DNA from: Clostridiales bacterium
GTDB taxonomy: Bacteria > Bacillota > Clostridia > Christensenellales > Aristaeellaceae
DNA: 23,846 nucleotides
Direction: 5' to 3'
Assembly: GCA_004556155.1 (NCBI GenBank)
Contig: SFIM01000033.1
Span: 1-23,846, forward strand
Both the position numbers and the translations under genes were made by a program. Positions 8,157 through 15,616 of the stretch are shown here, in pieces. Below the pieces are notes generated by a model, which was not told where the DNA came from, ran no database searches, and saw only the letters and a program-made list of their open reading frames with translations. Position 1 is the first letter of the stretch; each line of letters begins with the position of its first letter.

Positions 8157-9253
8157 ATGGAATACCGCGTATTGCCGCATGGCGGCGAAAAATCAGCGTC
8201 ATCGGCATGGGCGTGTCGGCTATCGGCGCAAGGCCCAAGAGCGAAATCATCGCCACCGTGCGGTCAGCCATTGCGCGCGGAGCGAACTTCTTTGATCTGG
8301 CGGGCGGCCACGCGGCGATCTTCCCTGCCTATGGCAAGGCGCTGCAGGGACTGCGCGAAAAGGTCTATCTGCAGGTTCATTTCGGCGCGGATTATACCAG
8401 CGGCGAGTACGGCTGGACGACGGAACTGAAAAAGATCCAGGCCGCCGTCAAGTGGCAGCTGGACAACCTGCAAACGGATTATATTGACTTTGGCTTTATC
8501 CATTGCCTGGATGAGGACAAGGATCTGGACGCTTACCAGAAAAATGGGGTGCTGGACGATGTGCTGGAGCTCAAGCGCCGGGGCATGATCCGCCATATCG
8601 GCCTGTCCTCGCACACGCCCGCGCTGGTTAACCGCGTGTTGGATATGGGGATCATCGATACCGTGATGTTCTTCATCAACCCGGTATATGATTACGGCCA
8701 GGGCGAATTTGGCATTGGCGGCGCGGACGACCGGCAAGCGCTGTATCGCCGCTGCGAAAAGGAGGACGTGGGCATCTCAGTGACGAAGCCCTTCTGCGGT
8801 GGGCAGCTGCTGGACGCGGCGCAATCGCCCTTCAAGGCGACGCTGGCCAAGCCGCAGTGCATTCAGTACACGCTGGATAAGTCCGGCGTGGTCACGGTGC
8901 TGCCTGGCTATGGCAGCCAGCCCGCAATGGAAGAAGTGCTGGCCTTTTTTGATACCACCCCGGCGGAGCGCGATTACAGCGCCATCAGCGCCTATGCGCC
9001 GCAGGAAGCGTTGACCAAGTGCGTCTATTGCCAGCCCTGCCCCGTGGGTCTGGAGATCGGGCTGATCAACAAGTATTATGATTTGACCCGCCTGGGCGAC
9101 GCCCTGGCGCGGGAGCATTATCTGACGCTGGACAAGACGGCCTCGGCCTGCGTGCAGTGCGGCCATTGCAACGGCCGCTGCCCCTTCCATGTGGATCAGA
9201 TGGCGCGCATGCGCGAGATTGCGCAGTACTTTGGAAAGCGCGGAAAGCCATGA
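8157..9253 (+). pseudogene. aldo/keto reductase with C-terminal 4Fe-4S ferredoxin-like domain, disrupted by a 1-nt frameshift near 8188-8192 (alternatively an N-terminally truncated CDS 8207..9253)
   Basis: The family-typical N-terminus MEYRVLPHGGEK is encoded from ATG 8157 in one frame. The continuation ISVIGMGVSAIG...ANFFDLAGG runs in the next frame to the stop at 9253. The two frames join exactly if the A5 run at 8188..8192 were A6. The C-terminus has the Cys motif CVQCGHCNGRCP and a shorter CVYCQPCP. Confidence 0.6.
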
Positions 9254-9706
9254 AGCGCGGACTGCTGATTGGCTTGCTGGCGGCGCTGCTGCTGTGCTGC
9301 GTGCCCGCGCGGACGGAGAATGCCTTTGAAGCGTCCATTGTTCTATCCTCCTACGCAGGCGAGGCCGAAACGGTGGCCATTCCCGAAGAAATCCAGGGCT
9401 TGCCGGCAGTCGCCATCGGCGACGGCTGCTTTGCGAAATCCAATGTGCGCGATGTGACATTGCCGGAAACGGTGGAATTCATCGGCGAGCATACCGTCTG
9501 GTGATGCCCGCTGACGGTGATTCACGGCACGGAAAGCGTCACGCATCTTGGCGACGGCGCGTTCTCCGGCATCCGTATCGCTGGCCTATATTGGGGAGGA
9601 CGCTTTTGCCCTGTGTCCCAACCTGTGCCTGATCGTTTGCACAAGCTCCTATGCTGAAGCTTACGCTACTGAAAACGACATCCCCCATATCCAGACCGAG
9701 CCATAA
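9250..9706 (+). pseudogene. decayed BspA-type leucine-rich-repeat secreted/lipoprotein gene
   Basis: The ATG at 9250 overlaps the AKR stop (ATGA). Signal peptide MKRGLLIGLLAALLLCCVPA, then LRR-like units (VAIGDGCFAKSNVRDVTLPETVEFIGEHT). An in-frame TGA sits at 9502..9504, after which the same frame continues with LTVIHGTESVTHLGDGAFSG. The family-like C-terminus AYIGEDAFALCPNLCLIVCTSSYAEAYATENDIPHIQTEP is in the +1 frame and ends at 9706. Confidence 0.5.
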
Positions 9707-9791
9707 AAAGCCATAAAAATCCGCCGAGCTGAGCCATAAAATCCGCGGAGACGGACGTGAAAATCCGCCGGGCGTGGAAAATCCGCCGAGC
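9698..9791 (+). repeat. array of short direct repeats abutting the tRNA-Ser promoter
   Basis: AAAATCCGC[C/G]G[A/G]G occurs at 9716, 9738, 9760 and 9778 (spacings 22, 22 and 18 nt). GCCATAAAA occurs at about 9700, 9710 and 9733. The last unit ends 5 nt before the -35 hexamer. Confidence 0.8.
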
Positions 9792-9795
9792 GACC

Positions 9796-9824
9796 TTGAC
9801 AAAAACGGTGATCTGCGCTATGAT
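9796..9824 (+). promoter_or_regulatory. near-consensus sigma70/SigA promoter of tRNA-Ser
   Basis: TTGACA (9796..9801), 17-nt spacer, TATGAT (9819..9824). It lies 17 nt upstream of the mature tRNA 5' end. Confidence 0.7.
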
Positions 9825-9841
9825 AGAAAGCGCTTCACCGT

Positions 9842-9932
9842 GGAGTGGTATCGAAGTGGTTATAACGGCCCTGACTCGAAATCAGGTGTACTGGTAACAG
9901 TACCGTGGGTTCGAATCCCACCCACTCCGCCA
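9842..9932 (+). tRNA. tRNA-Ser, anticodon CGA, long variable arm, CCA encoded
   Basis: Acceptor GGAGTGG/CCACTCC; anticodon stem CCTGA/TCAGG with loop CTCGAAA (CGA); variable arm GTACTG-GTAA-CAGTAC; T arm GTGGG-TTCGAAT-CCCAC; discriminator G plus CCA. 91 nt. Confidence 0.92.
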
Positions 9933-9935
9933 ACT

Positions 9936-9977
9936 AAATCCTCATGTTTTGATACAAAGCATGAGGATTTCTTTTTG
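9936..9977 (+). terminator. rho-independent terminator of tRNA-Ser
   Basis: AAATCCTCATG (9936..9946) pairs with CATGAGGATTT (9960..9970) and is followed by CTTTTT. Confidence 0.8.
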
Positions 9978-10161
9978 CATTTATAGGCTGTTAAACCATA
10001 ACAGGATATAGGCTATGAACCGCCAAATACAGGCTACCGGCGCAAGTTAAGAAATGCTCTGTGGTATTTCACCGAGCAGAGTTAATGCCCACATGCCGCT
10101 CTTCAGTCTGCATATGCTTCTCTTTCAAGATCGAATATGTTCCTTTTCCATCATGTGCTGA

Positions 10162-10190
10162 TTTACATCGGGAAGAAAGAATGATATAAT
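10162..10190 (+). promoter_or_regulatory. candidate strong extended -10 promoter inside the ORF-free AT-rich stretch
   Basis: TTTACA (10162..10167), a 17-nt spacer ending in TGA, then TATAAT (10185..10190). Confidence 0.5.
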
Positions 10191-10608
10191 GATGCTAAAC
10201 CTAATACTAACCTTTGAGCCGGTTATCTTTTCGGAATACATGACAAGGAATAGTAAGTTGCCGCGTAAAATGGATTGTGATATATGTTATTTGCGTATTA
10301 GGGATACCAATGCCCAACCTGTATTTTCCCATTACTTAGTCTTTTGATGATAGAATAAACTGAAAAACACTTACTACGAACCTTGCCAATGTTATATTGC
10401 AAATTACGTTTTCGACTTCCTTTATTGGGGGACTCTATGGTACATGAGAAAGTGAAAAGACTTCGCTACTAAGCATGAACGTATTGTTATAAGGAAAACG
10501 ATTGCAACGGCTATCGTTAGATTCACCACAGGTACTGTAGGGAGCGCTGTTGTGAATCAAGAAATTCAACAGGTTGCAATTTTCGATTAAAGTTTAGGAG
10601 GTTGCTTT

Positions 10609-11115
10609 ATGGACAAAGGACTCTTGACTCGTATATTGGGATTCATTTCCATTCCTATCATACTTAGAGGGATCGTATCGCTTATCATGAGAGAAAAAGA
10701 AAGGGAAATGACATATAATCTGCGCAAGGAGCGTATTGTCATAAGGCCGCCTAAAGTCATTGGGTGGATTGCTGTCATGGGAATGTTGTTTTGCACAACT
10801 GTCCTCCTCATCATACTTCTTTATCAAAATGGTATTGAATTTCCTGTGGTATTCCATGGCACTGAATCTCCTGTGGTATTCCTTGGCTTTTTTCTCTTCG
10901 ATTTACTGGGTGCTTATCTTCTATGGATCACGTTGGTATGGCAGGTTGAGGTATTTAAAAATGAAGACTTTTTCATACTGAGGGATTATTGGGGTCGCAA
11001 GCATAAAATCCATTATGCTGACTGCACAAGCTATCAGTATCGCTACCGTCATCAAGAAATCATCGTTCGCAACCGTATAAAAAACTTTACCATAAGCTAT
11101 CTCCTGGTTAACTGA
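10609..11115 (+). CDS. hypothetical membrane protein, AT-rich orphan
   Basis: 168-aa ORF with RBS AGGAGG (10596..10601) 7 nt upstream. Hydrophobic segments include VIGWIAVMGMLFCTTVLLIILLY and VVFLGFFLFDLLGAYLLWITLVW. I recognise no motif. Confidence 0.65.
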   Translation: MDKGLLTRILGFISIPIILRGIVSLIMREKEREMTYNLRKERIVIRPPKVIGWIAVMGMLFCTTVLLIILLYQNGIEFPVVFHGTESPVVFLGFFLFDLLGAYLLWITLVWQVEVFKNEDFFILRDYWGRKHKIHYADCTSYQYRYRHQEIIVRNRIKNFTISYLLVN

Positions 11116-11424
11116 GGAATTTTGATAGCTGCTTTGCAGCAGCACAATGTCAAGCGGGAAAAAGACTGCTAAATATGGCAGATTCTGAAAACTGCCTCTT
11201 GTTCATCCTCTCGGAAACGCTGCCTCAATTGATGAAGAATATATCCATTCGCAACACCTCAAAAGGGAGCTTTCGCCGGTTGGAAGGCCTATTTTGCGGT
11301 GTATGACCGCCTCTCGGCTTTCCTTTCCTACCTTCCAGCATTTATCTCCAAAGTCAGAAAAAACGCCAATTTGAACTCACTCTCATTGCCCGATAAACCA
11401 TCGCGGAATGCAGGATACAATCAC

Positions 11425-11462
11425 AAAAACAGGCTGCTCTGAAATGAGTGCAGCCTGTTTTT
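11425..11462. terminator. bidirectional rho-independent terminator (end of the minus-strand ABC operon)
   Basis: An A-run at 11425..11429, stem CAGGCTGC (11430..11437) pairing with GCAGCCTG (11450..11457), then a T-run at 11458..11462. Confidence 0.75.
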
Positions 11463-11523
11463 GCATATTGCAACGCGCCTTGCGGCAAGGGTATTTGGTA
11501 CAATGCGAGAATATGAAGGCGGT

Positions 11524-12513
11524 TTACCGATCTTCCCGGAAGAAATTGCTGCCGCTGCCGGCAGGCGCGCCTGCGCCGGCGTTTTTCTTGCGTCCGGAAA
11601 GGATCAGAGTGATCAGGGTGATCACATAAGGCAGCATCATTAGCAGCGCTTCGCAGTTATCGGGCAGGAAGCTCAGCTTTACATGCAGGAACAATCGCAG
11701 GAGAATGCCAAAAATCAGCGAGCCGCCAATGGCCTTGAGCGGGTTCCACCGAGCGAAGATAACCAGCGCCACTGCCAGCCAGCCTTGGCCGCCGATCAGA
11801 TTGTATTCCCATTTTCCGCCCACATTCATGCATACGAACAGGCCTGCCAGCCCCATCATTGCTCCGCCTATAACGGAAGCAAGGTACCGATAGGCTGTAA
11901 TGCTGATGCCCATGGCGTCCGCTGCCCGGGGGTTTTCACCCACAGCGCGAAGATGCAGGCCGGGACGGGTTTTGTTGAAGAAAAACCACATGCCAATCGC
12001 CAGGATCACGCTGATAATGACAAAGAAATTGATTCCGCTGAGAAGCTTATCGACATAGCAGGCAAAGGGGATGCTTTCTTCGGATTTGATGGCAAGCCCC
12101 TGATCCAGCCCCGAAAACAGGCGCATGACCGAGCTATTCAGGCGGGCGGTGGTTTTGGCGGCCTTGGCGGAATTGTTGATAAAGGCGCCCATCATGTTGC
12201 ACACGCCACCGCCCAGGATGCTGATGCTCAGGCCCGTAATCAGCTGATTTGCCTTTAGCGTTACGGTCATAAAGCTATAAACCAGGCAGCAGAGCATCCC
12301 CGCCAGCACCGCTGCCAGCAAGGTCAGCGCGATGCTGCCGGTATGGAAACCGACGGCCAGGGCGGCTACTGCGGAAATGCCCATCACGCCTTCCACGCCC
12401 ATGTTTAGGCTGCCGGATTTCTCCGTCAGGATTTCGCCCAGGGTGCCCAGCAGAAGCGGCGCGCCGGCCTTAATGCCTGCGGCAAGAAGCGCAACCAGAA
12501 CATATACCGTCAT
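11524..12513 (-). CDS. ABC transporter permease, BMP/nucleoside type (NupQ/YufQ-like)
   Basis: 329-aa polytopic membrane ORF. Its ATG overlaps the stop of the upstream permease (ATGA). Size and position match the second permease of Nup/BMP-type systems. Confidence 0.9.
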   Translation of the reverse strand: MTVYVLVALLAAGIKAGAPLLLGTLGEILTEKSGSLNMGVEGVMGISAVAALAVGFHTGSIALTLLAAVLAGMLCCLVYSFMTVTLKANQLITGLSISILGGGVCNMMGAFINNSAKAAKTTARLNSSVMRLFSGLDQGLAIKSEESIPFACYVDKLLSGINFFVIISVILAIGMWFFFNKTRPGLHLRAVGENPRAADAMGISITAYRYLASVIGGAMMGLAGLFVCMNVGGKWEYNLIGGQGWLAVALVIFARWNPLKAIGGSLIFGILLRLFLHVKLSFLPDNCEALLMMLPYVITLITLILSGRKKNAGAGAPAGSGSNFFREDR

Positions 12514-14057
12514 TTTAAAGCACCGCCTTTTGTAATCCGTTTTCCCTTAAAAACAATGCGATAGGTGAGGAAGAATTCACTGCCCAGCACAAACAGCAGC
12601 AAAATGCCAATGATAACCGTTGCGGAGGCGGAGGGAATATTCACGCCGTTCACCCGCAGCGTGGCGGACATGGACAGGCTTTCGCAGCCCTTGTTCATGG
12701 CGCTGAACAGCACGGCCACGGCAGCGCCCGCCAATGGATTGAGCTTCACCAGCCACGCTACTGTGATTACCGTAAAGCCAATATCCCCGGCAACCGTTTC
12801 GTTCAGCTTGAAGTCCGCGCCGCTGATCTTGAGCATGCCGGCAATTCCCGCGATGGCACCGGAAATCAGCATTGTGCGCACAATGACGCGCTTGACCGGC
12901 ACGCCCAGATATTCCGCCGTCTTTTCCTGCTCGCCTACAACGCGGATTTCAAATCCGTGACGGGTGCATTGCAGATAAACAGTTACCAGGATCAAAATGA
13001 CCAGGGCCGCAATCCATCCGCTGGAACAGCCCAGGATTTTGGTCAGCCGCGCGTTATCCACAAACATGGGGCATTGTCCAAAGGAAGGCATCATCGGATC
13101 CTCCCAGGGGCCGCGCCGAAGCAGCTGAACAATATAGGTGGCAATGTAATTGAGCATGAGGGCGAACAGCGTCTCACTGGTGTTCCAGCGTACCTTGGCA
13201 TAGGCCGGCAGAAATCCCCAGAAAGCGCCGCCTACGGCGCCGCCCACAAACATCAGCGGGATCAGCACCGCGTGGGGGAGAGCATTTCCCAGCTGGTAAG
13301 CAAAGAAGGAGGCAAATATCGCGCCCATGGTAAGCTGACCAGCAACGCCTACATTCCAGAAATGCATCTTGAACGCCACAATGACAGCCATCGTGCCCAA
13401 AACCATGGGAATGCTGCGCTCCATCGTGATGGTCATGGCGTTTTTGGTGCCGATGGAGCCCTTATAGATTTGCTCAAAGGCAGCCAGCGGATTGTAGCCA
13501 ATCAGCAGAATCATCAGCATGCTGCACAGCACCGCGCCCAGGATAGCCAGCAGCCGCACAGGCAGCGCCTGCATAATGGTAGGCGGCGTTTTCTTGGCGA
13601 TTCGCTCAAAACGGGAAACAAACAAAAGCCCTAAAATAACAGCGGATAGAAGCAGAAGCACATAGTTTGCCGGATATACCCGCTCGCCCCCAAACAGCGC
13701 GCTTACCCGAGCGGGAGCGCCAACGCCCAGCCAGCACAGCAATAAAAGCAGCACCGAAAACGCCGCCTGTACGCAAAGCGTAAACAGGGCGCAAAAGCGG
13801 CCGGTAAATCGGGTGGCATTGGGAAGGAATAGCAGCGCTGTGCTGAGGACAAGCCCGGTCAGCACGGCTATCGTGATGACGCCCGTTATTACGCCCGCCA
13901 CGCCTCCGTGCGCTAACAGAGCCCTGGCGGAAGCTGCGACGGAGCCTGCCTCCGTACTGCGAAAAAGGAAAGCTGCCGCCAGCTGGAAAAGGCAAAAAAG
14001 CGCGGCGATAAAACGGAAAATGCGCTTCCGGCTCAAATGGATTTTTTGCATGTTCAT
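12510..14057 (-). CDS. ABC transporter permease, BMP/nucleoside type (NupP/YufP-like), with a roughly 160-aa N-terminal 4-TM extension
   Basis: 515-aa ORF. Its ATG overlaps the ATPase stop (GTATGA) and lies 9 nt after GAGGA. From M162 (MQALPVRLLAILG...) the remaining 354 aa look like a normal permease. Confidence 0.85.
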   Translation of the reverse strand: MNMQKIHLSRKRIFRFIAALFCLFQLAAAFLFRSTEAGSVAASARALLAHGGVAGVITGVITIAVLTGLVLSTALLFLPNATRFTGRFCALFTLCVQAAFSVLLLLLCWLGVGAPARVSALFGGERVYPANYVLLLLSAVILGLLFVSRFERIAKKTPPTIMQALPVRLLAILGAVLCSMLMILLIGYNPLAAFEQIYKGSIGTKNAMTITMERSIPMVLGTMAVIVAFKMHFWNVGVAGQLTMGAIFASFFAYQLGNALPHAVLIPLMFVGGAVGGAFWGFLPAYAKVRWNTSETLFALMLNYIATYIVQLLRRGPWEDPMMPSFGQCPMFVDNARLTKILGCSSGWIAALVILILVTVYLQCTRHGFEIRVVGEQEKTAEYLGVPVKRVIVRTMLISGAIAGIAGMLKISGADFKLNETVAGDIGFTVITVAWLVKLNPLAGAAVAVLFSAMNKGCESLSMSATLRVNGVNIPSASATVIIGILLLFVLGSEFFLTYRIVFKGKRITKGGALK

Positions 14058-15616
14058 ACCGCCATTTCCTCTTTTCCGATGCTGCCGTTCATCATCATAT
14101 AGCCAATCTCGTTCTTGGTGGTTTCAGCGGGCTTTACATAGCCCGCCGCTTCGCCGCCGCACAGAACCAGAATGCGATCGCAAATGCCCAGCAGCGCGTC
14201 CAGATCCTCGCCAATGAACAGCACGCACGCGCCGCGCAGCTTTTCGGCAGTCATCATATCATAGATTTTGTAAGAGGCGCCGATATCCAGGCCGCGGACG
14301 GGATAGGCAGCGATGAGCAGCTGGGGATGATCCTGAATTTCCCGCTCCAGCAGCACCTTTTGCACATTGCCACCCGACAGCCGGCTTACCGGCGTAAGCA
14401 GATCGGGTGTGGCGATGTCCAGCTCCTTTACCATCCGGGCGCTGTCCTGAACGGCCGTTTTTTTATCCAGGAAGAAGCTGCCTGTGCGCTCGAAGGAACG
14501 GAGCATCACGTTTTCGGCCATTCCCATGGAGGGAATCAGCCCCATGCCCAGGCGATCCTCGGGCACATAGGCAATATGAATGCCCGCGCGATAAACAGAC
14601 AGCGGATTCATTCCCTGGATTTCCTTGCCGCCCGCCGCGATGACGCCGTTTTCCGGCACGGTGATGCCTGCCAGCGCGTCGCACAGCTCCTTTTGGCCAC
14701 TGCCGGCGATGCCTGCAATGCCGAGAATCTCTCCCGCATTGGCGTCAAAAGAAAGGTTTTTGACGCTTTCCGCGCCGGATATGCCGCGCACCGTGAGGTT
14801 GCGCACAGAAAGATAGGGCTTTACTTCGCCGCTCTGGGGGCAATTCAAGGAGAGCTTCGCAGGATAGCCCACCATATCCGAGGTAAGCTGGTCGGGCGTA
14901 ACGGCCTTCATATCCAGCTCCTCAATGAATTTTCCCTTGCGCAGAATCGTCACCTTGTCGGCCACGGCAAAAAGCTCGTTGATCTTGTGGCTGATAAGCA
15001 CCACGCATTTGCCTTCGTCCTTCATGCGGCGCAGCACATCAAACAGGCGGTCGGTTTCCTGCGGGGTAAGCACCGCGGTAGGCTCATCCAGGATCAGTAT
15101 TTCCGCGCCGCGATAGAGCGCCTTGATGATTTCCACCGTCTGCTTTTCAGAAACCGACATTTCGGAGATTTTCCGGTTTGGATCGATATGAAAGCCGTAC
15201 TGGTCAATCATTGCGCAGATTTCCGCGCTCACCTTTCGGCGATTAAGCAAAACGCCGCCCTTTTGACCCAGGATAATGTTCTCCGTGGCGCTGAGCACAT
15301 CCACCAGCATAAAATGCTGATGAATCATGCCGATGCCCAGCTGGTACGCTGTTTTAGGAGAATCAATCACAGCCTGATTGCCATCCACCCAAATTTCGCC
15401 GTCGTCAGGCTGATAAATGCCCGACAGCATGTTCACCAGCGTGGTTTTGCCGCTGCCGTTTTCTCCCAGCAGCGCATGAATTTCGCCCCATTTCAGCCGC
15501 AGATCCACATTGTCGTTTGCAACTACCCGGCCAAAGGATTTGCAGCAATGCTTCATCTGAACCGCGTATTCCGATGCATGTACGGTTTTCACCCTGCCTG
15601 ATCCCCCTGTACTCAA
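14054..15616 (-). CDS. ABC transporter ATP-binding protein with tandem NBDs (NupO/RbsA-like)
   Basis: 520-aa ORF. First NBD: Walker A GENGSGKTT and Walker B ILILDEPT. Second NBD: GIAGSGQKE and signature LSGGNVQK. The start is uncertain: TTG at 15616 overlaps the ade stop, and GTG at 15592 lies 9 nt after GGGGGA. Confidence 0.88.
   Translation of the reverse strand: MSTGGSGRVKTVHASEYAVQMKHCCKSFGRVVANDNVDLRLKWGEIHALLGENGSGKTTLVNMLSGIYQPDDGEIWVDGNQAVIDSPKTAYQLGIGMIHQHFMLVDVLSATENIILGQKGGVLLNRRKVSAEICAMIDQYGFHIDPNRKISEMSVSEKQTVEIIKALYRGAEILILDEPTAVLTPQETDRLFDVLRRMKDEGKCVVLISHKINELFAVADKVTILRKGKFIEELDMKAVTPDQLTSDMVGYPAKLSLNCPQSGEVKPYLSVRNLTVRGISGAESVKNLSFDANAGEILGIAGIAGSGQKELCDALAGITVPENGVIAAGGKEIQGMNPLSVYRAGIHIAYVPEDRLGMGLIPSMGMAENVMLRSFERTGSFFLDKKTAVQDSARMVKELDIATPDLLTPVSRLSGGNVQKVLLEREIQDHPQLLIAAYPVRGLDIGASYKIYDMMTAEKLRGACVLFIGEDLDALLGICDRILVLCGGEAAGYVKPAETTKNEIGYMMMNGSIGKEEMAV

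Noticed and set aside
7965-8429. 154-aa ORF as an independent gene
   Set aside because: It is a chimera: an SH3b-like remnant, the true AKR N-terminus (MEYRVL...), and out-of-frame read-through after the A5 frameshift.
9502-9504. In-frame TGA in the LRR gene as selenocysteine or a reassigned codon
   Set aside because: Other genes in the window use TGA as an ordinary stop (alaX, AKR, ATPase, ade, BNR). There is no selenoprotein context. The same gene also carries a frameshift, so a nonsense lesion is the simpler explanation.
9698-9791. Short repeat array as a mini-CRISPR
   Set aside because: The units are about 13-20 nt, imperfect and directly abutting, with no unique spacers of about 30 nt. 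There are no cas genes in the window.
10359-10472. Possible tyrosine-recombinase C-terminal remnant in the plus frame (TEKHLLRTLPMLYCKLRFRLPLLGDSMVHEKVKRLRY)
   Set aside because: It is only a loose resemblance to HxLR...LLGH. The spacing is about 5 residues too short, there is no catalytic Tyr context, and the fragment is flanked by stops. It is too weak to call without BLASTX.
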